DNA of 32,000 bases from Iningainema tapete BLCC-T55. Lineage in GTDB: Bacteria; Cyanobacteriota; Cyanobacteriia; Cyanobacteriales; Nostocaceae. Positions within the stretch are counted from its first letter, which is position 1. Every line of letters starts with the position of its first letter. The DNA is taken from assembly GCF_014698965.1 (NCBI RefSeq), contig NZ_JACXAE010000050.1, positions 109,439 through 141,438 of the forward strand, given 5' to 3'. Shown in pieces: positions 25,067 through 32,000 of the stretch. The notes under the pieces were generated by a model. The model saw only the letters and a list, made by a program, of their open reading frames with translations, ran no database searches and was not told the origin of the DNA. A program made the position numbers and the translations under genes.

Positions 25067-27934
25067 ATGCGTTTACCCGATCTTAACTGGCGCTTGGCGA
25101 TCGCTGCAATGCTTCTCGGACTGACTTCGCCACTGTATCCACAACCAGTATTAACAACCACTATCTCCCATTCAACCTTTCAACAAGCAAAGCAATTGTA
25201 TGACTTGGGGGTTGAGCAATATAATCAACGTCAGTTCTCACAAGCTCTCAAAACTTATCAAAAAGTTCTCGAAATTTATCGGCATGGTAAACAAGAGGAT
25301 ATTGCCAAAACTCTCTACGCTATCGGAATCACTTACATCCAACTAGCTCAATATCAAAACGCCAGCGATTTCCTCAATCAAGCATTGGTACTTTACCGTA
25401 ATATAGGCGAGCGCCACAGAATTTGTGATACTCTCAATAGCTTGGGGGCAGTTTACAATCATCTCGGTAATTATTCACAAGCACTCTCTTACTATCAGCA
25501 AGCTTTGGCGATTAGCCCAGAAGTAGGTGTAACTGCTGATATCCTTAATAATATTGGTGGAATCTATCAAGCTACAGGGCAGTATAATAAAGCATTAGAA
25601 TACTATCAGCGCACTCTTGATATCCACCAGAAAATTGGTAATAAGACAAGTATAGCCCACACTCTTAACAGTATTGGGGGAGTGTATTATGAACAGGGGC
25701 AGTATTCCCAAGCACTTAAGCTTTCTCAGCTTGCTTTAGCGAATGCTCAATCTGCTCAAAATTTGCGAGAGCAAGGCAATATTCTTAATAACATTGGATT
25801 AATTGAGAGTGAACTCGGTCAATATATTTCAGCTATACAATATTATCAGCAAAGCTTGGCAATCCGCCGCAAAATAGGTGACTATTCAGGCGTTGGTACG
25901 ACACTGAATAATCTTGGCTTCGCCTACAATCACATGAAGAAGCATTCCCAAGCCTTAGAATTTTATCAGCAAGCTTATTCTGTTTTTAGAAGTATTGGTA
26001 ATCAGGCAAATGTTGGTAAAACTCTCAATAATATTGGCTTTACTTATCAAGCTTTGGGGCAGTATTCTCTAGCACTCAAGTCTCTTGAAGAAGCGTTGGC
26101 TATTCTTCAAAAAGTAGGCACTCGCCCTTCGGTTGGGCGTACTCTCGATAGTATAGGAACTGTTTACAAAAGTTTAGGTAAGTATTCCCAAGCTTTAGAA
26201 GCATATCAACAAGCGTTAGTCATTAGTCGGGAAGCAGCGCAACGGCAAACTGTTCGAGTTATCTTAAGTAATATAGGCGATGTGCTAGCAAAACAAAACC
26301 AGCCAAAATTAGCCATTATTTTCTACAAGCAATCAGTTAACGTTACCGAAGCCATTCGCAAAGAATTGCGATCGCTTGCACCTAAACAACAGCAATCTTA
26401 CACAGTAACCATAGCTGATACCTATCGCCGACTTGCAGATTTGCTGTTACAAGAAGACAGAGTGTTAGAAGCACAACAAGTTTTGGATTTACTCAAAGTA
26501 CAAGAATTAGATGATTATCTACGTAATGTACGGGGAAACGAAAAAACTGCCTTGGGTATTGATGCATTACCACCTGAGAAACAAATTAATGATGGCTTAG
26601 ATACCATTTTAAATAGACAAATTCAACTAGGTAAAAAACTTGCTGAATTACAAAACATTCCCCTCGACAAACGCAATCAAGAGCAAGTTAACCAGATAGC
26701 ACAGATTACTAAACAACAGCAGGAAATTAGCCAAGAATTTAACGAATTTCTCAAGAGTGAGGAAGTTGTTGCGGCATTAGCACAGTTAAATTCTACAGCA
26801 AGACAGCAAAGTGTGCCTCTTCGGTTACTGAAAACCTTGCCAGATAACTTACAACGGTTGAACCAAAATGCCGTATTGCTGTATCCTTTAATATTAGAAA
26901 ATCGTTTAGAATTGGTATTAACAACGCCTTACACACCCCCAATTCGTCGTAAAGTTGAGGTGAAAAAGGAAGAACTCAACCGGGCGATTGTTGAGTTACG
27001 GCAAGCTTTAGAAAATCCCGATGCAAATGTCAAAGTTGCAGCACAAAAATTGTATAACTGGTTAATTAAACCGATAGAAAAAGAACTTGCTGCCGCCAAT
27101 GCCAAAACTATCATTTACGCGCCCGATGGGCAGTTACGTTACATTCCTTTATCTGCTTTATATGATGGTAAACAGTGGCTGGTACAACGTTTCCGTACTA
27201 ACTATATTACTGCTGTGAGTTTAACAGAACTCGACACTAAACCTTTACCAAAAATTCAAATTTTAGCAGGGGCAACTACAGGTCGTCACATTGTTACAGT
27301 TGGATCTGCTGCGTTAGCATTTTCTAGTTTACCATATGCAGGAGCGGAAGTAGAAAATTTGGCGGCGATGATGCCGGGAACTAAGAAACTTTTAGATAGT
27401 GAATTTAGTCGCGAAAAAACTATCCCTTTTTTGAACAATTATACTTTTGTACATATGGCGACTCATGCCATGTTTGTGACGGGAAAGCCAGAAGATTCTT
27501 TTATTTTGTTGGGTGATGGTGATAAGATCACGTTGGCTGAAATTCAAAACTGGTCACTTCCTAATGTAGATTTAGTAGTTTTAAGTGGTTGTCAAACAGC
27601 TATAAGTGGTAATGGCGAAGAGATTTTGGGGTTTGGCTATCAGATGCAAGATGCAGGCGCAAGAGCAGCAATCGCTTCTTTATGGAAAGTAAATGATGGT
27701 GGTACACAAGCGTTGATGAGTACTTTTTATGCAGCGTTGCGTCAAGGCATTACCAAGGCAGAAGCTTTACGCTACAGCCAAATTGCCATGATTACAGGCA
27801 ACTACTCAGAAATAGCGCCACAAGACAGAGGAATTCTTCAATCAACACGCGATCGCTTACCGCCGAAGGTGACAGATCGTCTCAGTCACCCCTATTACTG
27901 GGCACCTTTTATTTTAATTGGCAATGGTTTGTAA
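25067..27934 (+). CDS. Secreted TPR-repeat / CHAT-domain (caspase-like) protease
   Basis: Signal-like N-terminus MRLPDLNWRLAIAAMLLGLTSPLYP, then about 9-10 TPR_12-type units (LNxIGxVYxxxGxYxxALxYYQQAL). After a coiled-coil region comes a CHAT domain with His FVHMATHAMF and Cys LVVLSGCQTA, ending HPYYWAPFILIGN. Confidence 0.9.
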   Translation: MRLPDLNWRLAIAAMLLGLTSPLYPQPVLTTTISHSTFQQAKQLYDLGVEQYNQRQFSQALKTYQKVLEIYRHGKQEDIAKTLYAIGITYIQLAQYQNASDFLNQALVLYRNIGERHRICDTLNSLGAVYNHLGNYSQALSYYQQALAISPEVGVTADILNNIGGIYQATGQYNKALEYYQRTLDIHQKIGNKTSIAHTLNSIGGVYYEQGQYSQALKLSQLALANAQSAQNLREQGNILNNIGLIESELGQYISAIQYYQQSLAIRRKIGDYSGVGTTLNNLGFAYNHMKKHSQALEFYQQAYSVFRSIGNQANVGKTLNNIGFTYQALGQYSLALKSLEEALAILQKVGTRPSVGRTLDSIGTVYKSLGKYSQALEAYQQALVISREAAQRQTVRVILSNIGDVLAKQNQPKLAIIFYKQSVNVTEAIRKELRSLAPKQQQSYTVTIADTYRRLADLLLQEDRVLEAQQVLDLLKVQELDDYLRNVRGNEKTALGIDALPPEKQINDGLDTILNRQIQLGKKLAELQNIPLDKRNQEQVNQIAQITKQQQEISQEFNEFLKSEEVVAALAQLNSTARQQSVPLRLLKTLPDNLQRLNQNAVLLYPLILENRLELVLTTPYTPPIRRKVEVKKEELNRAIVELRQALENPDANVKVAAQKLYNWLIKPIEKELAAANAKTIIYAPDGQLRYIPLSALYDGKQWLVQRFRTNYITAVSLTELDTKPLPKIQILAGATTGRHIVTVGSAALAFSSLPYAGAEVENLAAMMPGTKKLLDSEFSREKTIPFLNNYTFVHMATHAMFVTGKPEDSFILLGDGDKITLAEIQNWSLPNVDLVVLSGCQTAISGNGEEILGFGYQMQDAGARAAIASLWKVNDGGTQALMSTFYAALRQGITKAEALRYSQIAMITGNYSEIAPQDRGILQSTRDRLPPKVTDRLSHPYYWAPFILIGNGL

Positions 27935-28151
27935 ACATGGACATTTTTCGTAGTCAGGGCTTTAGTCCTTATTATCTCTGTAAAATGTAAAATTTGATAT
28001 ATTCTGAAATTTAAATAGCTAATACAAATTATACTTTGGAATAAGTCAGAAAAAAATCTGTTCAAAGGAACACACGTTTTTGTCAAAAAGCAAGTATAAA
28101 TTCACACAAAATTTGACAACAAAATAAGCAAAATAGAAAAAGAATTTAGCC

Positions 28152-30452
28152 ATGAGCAATGGTAAAAATACGAACCATAGCGGCTTGCCTAAATTAGAAT
28201 TGGAAGACAATCAAAAGGCAAGTAGGAGCAGGAACCGCTCCGCTCCCCCCTCGATCAATCTGCTGTCAAAACTTCTACAAGTGATTACAAACTTGGCAGC
28301 AAAGATAGTAACTGGACTCACCCAGCTATCTTCTCAATTGTCTAGGAGCATGAAAAGAGGCGCGTTGATCACCACGCTCCTGACAGTAACCATTATAGTT
28401 GGACACAGTGTCTCAGCGCAGATCACTGCGCTACCTCCACTTAACCAGGTAAAGGTTCCAGAACCAGATAATCTTGGGGACTTTATCCAGAACAAGGTAG
28501 CGGCGATCGCACTAGGAAAGTCTCTTTTCTGGGATATGCAGCTGGGCAGCGATGGCATTCAATCTTGTGCCAGTTGTCACTTTCATGCCGGAGCAGACAA
28601 CAGATCCAAAAACCAGATCAGTCCAGGTTTACGGGATAGAAATTTCACTACTGGAGGTGGTCCGAACTACCAACTGACAGCAGCAGATTACCCCTTCCAT
28701 AAGCTGGCAGATCCGAATAACATATCCTCAAATGTTGTTTCTGACAGTAATGACGTGACTGGCTCTCAGGGAGTCTTTAGATCAGAATTTGTTGATGTCG
28801 TTCCAGGCAGTGACAAAGACAAGGTGACGCCTCTAGAGGATGACGTCTTCAATGTGAATGGTACAAATGTACGCAGAGTAACGCCCCGCAATTCACCGAC
28901 AGTGATCAACGCAGTGTTCAACTTTCGTAACTTCTGGGACGGACTGGCTCAGAACACTTTTAACGGGGTGAATCCCTTGGGGTTGAGAGATAAAAATGCT
29001 TTTGTTTTAAAAGCAACTAGACCAAGGCGGCTAGAAGATGTGGCAATCAGTCTCAATAATTCGTCTCTAGCTTCACAAGCAGTAGGACCGCCACTCAATG
29101 CTCTTGAGACTGCGTCTGAAAACTTACCGATCGCGCCATTTAGGGTTGAAGAGTCCGAAACAGAGGATACAGTTAGTGTGTTCAACGCACAAGGTCAGAC
29201 TGTTAACAATAACGCTGATGCGGAGCGCTCAACGGATGCTAACTCCACAGAGCAACAACTTCAGGCGTCAGATAGTCCGCGTTTTAGAAGGATAGGTAGG
29301 AAACTTGGTAAGAAACTACTTTCTGTACAGCCCCTTGCTAAGCAGATTGTGGCTTATGATGACAGCGTTTTGGGTTCTTTAAGCAAATCTACTGCGCGAT
29401 CGCCTAGACCTGGTTTGAAAAAGTCTTATGAGGCGCTGATCGAAGATGCCTTCAAGCCGGAGTGGTGGCGTTCCAATATCATCATCCGCATCGATCCACA
29501 AACTGGCAAGCGAACTTTCTTGCGCAAGCCGCAGCGACGCTTGAGTACCATCGAATACACGCTGATGGAGTACAACTTCTCGCTTTTCTTTGGGCTAGCA
29601 GTTCAGGCATACGAGTCAACACTAGTGTCTGCTAATACACCATTTGACCAGTTCTTAGCTGGAAACACTAATGCTCTGACTACCCAGCAACAACAAGGTT
29701 GGAACATTTTCCAAAACAAGGGTTTGTGCATTGGCTGCCATGCCGGAGCGGAATTGACGCAAGCGTCAGTAAGCAGCGTCGCTCAAAGGGGACGAATTAC
29801 TCGTGCGCCCTTTGGTCCAAGACGCCCTGAGGACACTGGCTTCTTCAGTATCGGTGTCAGACCTGCTAGCGAAGACCCCGGTTTGGGTGGTAATGATGGT
29901 ATAGATGGTAATGATGAGTTCGGAAATCCACAGGGCAATCCACTGTCGGAGGTACGACTAGCTCAGCAAGGGACATTTCAGCAGCTCTTGGGCGAAAACC
30001 CTCCTACCCTCAATCCCCCGCTTAGCTCTACTGAACCTGTAACTGCAGACGGAGCCTTCAAAACACCGGGACTCCGCAATGTGGAACTCACTGCTCCCTA
30101 CTTCCACAATGGTGGTCAGTTGACTCTAGAGCAAGTAGTTGATTTTTACAATCGGGGCGGTGACTTTGGCGGTTTACCTGTGCTGAACCTCACACCAGAG
30201 GAAAAACAATCGCTAGTTGCGTTTATGAAAGGGTTGACTGATGAGCGAGTCCGCTTTCAAAGAGCGCCCTTCGATCACCCGCAACTGTTCGTTCCTAACG
30301 GACATCCAGGAAACCAAAACTCCGTCACCAACGATCCCAACGTCCAAACCCAAGACGGTGTTCGGCAAGCTACGGATGCTCTGTTAGAAATCCCGGCTGT
30401 TGGTCGTAACGGTGGTAATCCTCTGCCAAACTTCCTGGGAGCAACTCCCTAA
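28152..30452 (+). CDS. Di-haem cytochrome c peroxidase / MauG family protein, enlarged (766 aa)
   Basis: Two CXXCH motifs: LGKSLFWDMQLGSDGIQSCASCHFHAG and NKGLCIGCHAG. Distal motif FKTPGLRNVELTAPYFHNGGQLTLEQVVDFYNRGG. An internal ATG at 28350 (MKRGALITTLLTVTIIVGHSVSAQ, signal-peptide-like, preceded by aggag) may be the true start. Confidence 0.85.
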   Translation: MSNGKNTNHSGLPKLELEDNQKASRSRNRSAPPSINLLSKLLQVITNLAAKIVTGLTQLSSQLSRSMKRGALITTLLTVTIIVGHSVSAQITALPPLNQVKVPEPDNLGDFIQNKVAAIALGKSLFWDMQLGSDGIQSCASCHFHAGADNRSKNQISPGLRDRNFTTGGGPNYQLTAADYPFHKLADPNNISSNVVSDSNDVTGSQGVFRSEFVDVVPGSDKDKVTPLEDDVFNVNGTNVRRVTPRNSPTVINAVFNFRNFWDGLAQNTFNGVNPLGLRDKNAFVLKATRPRRLEDVAISLNNSSLASQAVGPPLNALETASENLPIAPFRVEESETEDTVSVFNAQGQTVNNNADAERSTDANSTEQQLQASDSPRFRRIGRKLGKKLLSVQPLAKQIVAYDDSVLGSLSKSTARSPRPGLKKSYEALIEDAFKPEWWRSNIIIRIDPQTGKRTFLRKPQRRLSTIEYTLMEYNFSLFFGLAVQAYESTLVSANTPFDQFLAGNTNALTTQQQQGWNIFQNKGLCIGCHAGAELTQASVSSVAQRGRITRAPFGPRRPEDTGFFSIGVRPASEDPGLGGNDGIDGNDEFGNPQGNPLSEVRLAQQGTFQQLLGENPPTLNPPLSSTEPVTADGAFKTPGLRNVELTAPYFHNGGQLTLEQVVDFYNRGGDFGGLPVLNLTPEEKQSLVAFMKGLTDERVRFQRAPFDHPQLFVPNGHPGNQNSVTNDPNVQTQDGVRQATDALLEIPAVGRNGGNPLPNFLGATP

Positions 30453-30512
30453 ATAGGAACACTCCCACCCCTTGGGTTGACTTGCTTTAAAACACGTAGT
30501 TCCTAACTGATC

Positions 30513-30538
30513 AAAAGCCTGGTAAACCAGGCTTTTTT
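30513..30538 (+). terminator. Rho-independent terminator downstream of the peroxidase gene
   Basis: aaaagcctgg taaa ccaggctttttt: a GC-containing stem followed by a T-run. Confidence 0.8.
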
Positions 30539-30702
30539 AGTGCCAATGAAGCCCAGAGATCTCTTTGACGATCTCAATGATCAACATAGCAAACTAATAA
30601 ACACGTGTATTCAGGCATGGTGGCGACTGACTCTATTTCGATGCCAGCCACCGATGATGTTAATTGTTTGTATTAGTGGCAACAACAGAGGGAAACAGCA
30701 CA

Positions 30703-31081
30703 ATGAAAGTTTCTAACTTCACCCAAGAAAACTCGGCTCTGCTTCTGATCGATCATCAAGTTGGCACTATAAAGCTCATCAAAAACTTGCCAAGCCGCGA
30801 GGTGGAGAAAAACACTCTTGCACTTGCAATCATTCGCAAAGGTACTCAAGATACCTGTGGTTTTGACAAGTAGCCAGGAGGAGCGGTTTCAAGGTTTGCT
30901 AATGACTGCTCTAGCAGAAAGTCTACCCGAAGCCTACTCGGCAAGAGTCAAACGTGCAGGCATCGTAAATGCTTGGGACGATGAGAACTTTGTCAAAGCA
31001 GTCAAAGACACAAATCGCACTAATTTAATCATGGCTAGCATTACCACGGACGTTTGCCTGGTTTATCAAGCAAGCTTCTAA
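30703..31081 (+). pseudogene. Isochorismatase-family hydrolase, frameshifted (~30830) and 3'-truncated
   Basis: Frame A reads MKVSNFTQENSALLLIDHQVGT...NTLALA. Frame B reads FAKVLKIPVVLTSSQEERFQG...RAGIVNAWDDENFVKAVKDTNRTNLIMASITTDVCLV, then a premature stop. The motifs LLIDHQ, PVVLT, NAWDD and TTDVC are in family order, but the last ~60-80 aa are absent. Confidence 0.75.
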
Positions 31082-31251
31082 CCCGTCCTGGTTCAAGGGC
31101 GAGCTAGAAGCAGCCTCAAGAACTACAATCGCTTTCATGCTCTTCTATGCTATAGTAGTAAAGCTGTTATGCTTGTATTCTAGCAGGGGTGCAGGAAAAG
31201 CGCGGTTTTTACTCAAAATCAAAGATATGTAACCTTTAGGCGCGACAGCTT

Positions 31252-31281
31252 ATGACTACTAATTTAGTAAAAAATAGCTGA
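31252..31281 (+). pseudogene. Remnant of the antitoxin-like gene (first 8 codons, then stop)
   Basis: atgactactaatttagtaaaaaatagctga translates to MTTNLVKNS*, compared with MTTNLVKNITDKS... in copy 1. Confidence 0.7.
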
Positions 31282-31347
31282 TTATACTGGGTTATGCTTA
31301 TGAAGATCGTTACCCACTCGTAGCCCCTAAACTGAAAAAATAGGAGC

Positions 31348-31719
31348 ATGACCGAAACTGAAATTAGGGAGGAAGCCGACAAGATTCTCGAAATCCTCAT
31401 TTCAAAGCCATTTGCTGAATGCTTCCCTTTAACAAGAGATTTTAAGCAGTTGCCCACATCCCCAGGTATATATGCCCTTAAATCTAGGGATGAGAAAATT
31501 CTGTACATTGGCAAATCAGGTGGGATAAGAGCGCGATTCCGAAGTGGGCATAATGCCTTAACCCAGGCTTTTTTTGATAGATTAGATCCAACAGATTTAA
31601 GAATTGCGGTTTTTGTTGTAACAATTCAACGGGTAAGGTTGCTATCAGAATTAGAATCATTAATTCTCCAAAAAATTGATAAACCAAGATATAACAGTAG
31701 AATCCCATCGAGAGAGTAA
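31348..31719 (+). CDS. Stand-alone GIY-YIG nuclease-domain protein (123 aa)
   Basis: GIYALKSRDEKILYIGKS (GIY-N10-YIG), a following Arg (IRARFRSGH), and a Glu/Asn region ELESLILQKIDKPRYNSR. aggag lies 2 nt upstream of the ATG. The stop is 5 nt before the next gene. Confidence 0.75.
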   Translation: MTETEIREEADKILEILISKPFAECFPLTRDFKQLPTSPGIYALKSRDEKILYIGKSGGIRARFRSGHNALTQAFFDRLDPTDLRIAVFVVTIQRVRLLSELESLILQKIDKPRYNSRIPSRE

Positions 31720-31724
31720 GTACT

Positions 31725-32000
31725 ATGCAGAAAACTGACACAAACGCACTTAAAAATATCTTGGACTATTTACCAGAACGTATTAAGCTGGCAATAGAGG
31801 AATACTCTAAAGAAACTCAACTCCCCCCTGAATTGGTGATTGAGTTGGCGATCGCTCACTTCTTAGATGTGGACTCGGTGACTTTTGACGATTGCCAGAT
31901 TGAGTCACCAGGAATACTTAGAGAACAGAATAAAATCCTCAAGATTCAGTTAGCAGCTATTGAGGGCGAGCGCTCAAAAACTCAAGCAATGCCGAGGTAA
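31725..32000 (+). CDS. Conserved small protein, copy 2 (91 aa)
   Basis: It is a paralogue of 24748-25008, with 4 aa differences in the first 78 residues. The TAA stop falls exactly at the window end. Confidence 0.7.
   Translation: MQKTDTNALKNILDYLPERIKLAIEEYSKETQLPPELVIELAIAHFLDVDSVTFDDCQIESPGILREQNKILKIQLAAIEGERSKTQAMPR

Larger units (their letters stand above)
31127..31975. repeat. Direct repeat copy 2 (leader + antitoxin start remnant ... small gene)
   Basis: See copy 1 at 24127-25008. Confidence 0.85.

Noticed and set aside
28152-28349. N-terminal 66 codons of the peroxidase ORF as a real domain
   Set aside because: The region is low-complexity and basic, and it is followed by a signal-peptide-like segment starting at an internal ATG (28350). 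It is probably 5' leader, but I cannot prove that, so the feature keeps the track coordinates and notes the alternative start.
31236-31741. Minus-strand ORFs 31236-31514 and 31484-31741
   Set aside because: They are antisense to the GIY-YIG gene, which has a clear catalytic motif and an RBS. Neither contains a motif.

Overview
This is a chromosomal segment from a filamentous, Nostocales-type cyanobacterium. By eye I count at least 20 copies of the HIP1 octamer GCGATCGC. Intergenic hairpins carry heptameric STRR-like tandem repeats, and petH has a CpcD-like N-terminal domain. All domain calls rest on motif recognition by eye; no database search was run.

Left part (1-9.3 kb), envelope and membrane genes:
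- partial GT2 glycosyltransferase
- acyltransferase_3
- a minus-strand DUF1206 / GHL10 hydrolase / polyprenol-phytol-kinase-like operon
- epoxide-hydrolase-like alpha/beta hydrolase
- secreted pentapeptide-repeat protein
- CAAD/CurT-like protein
- SLH-domain protein

Middle (9.4-17.3 kb), core housekeeping genes: hom, petH, prk and metK, followed by a HAMP sensor histidine kinase.

Right half (17.3-32 kb), an accessory mosaic bounded by repeats:
- A leaderless chymotrypsin-fold protease, plus a secreted stand-alone paralogue of its N-terminal domain that is bracketed by 50-bp inverted repeats.
- A 4.3-kb unit bracketed by perfect 54-bp inverted repeats. It encodes a frame-split HTH/NB-ARC STAND ATPase without sensor repeats, a translationally coupled membrane Ser/Thr kinase-TPR, and a periplasmic TPR protein.
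- Two roughly 0.85-kb direct repeats about 7 kb apart. They share a leader and a small conserved gene but carry different nuclease cassettes, a truncated PIN in one and a GIY-YIG in the other.
- Between those repeats lie a secreted TPR-CHAT protease, an enlarged di-haem cytochrome c peroxidase and a frameshifted, truncated isochorismatase-family pseudogene.

I recognised no rRNA, tRNA, CRISPR array, transposase or integrase. The best candidates for an undescribed system are the STAND/kinase/TPR(+protease) unit and the nuclease-swapping cassette.
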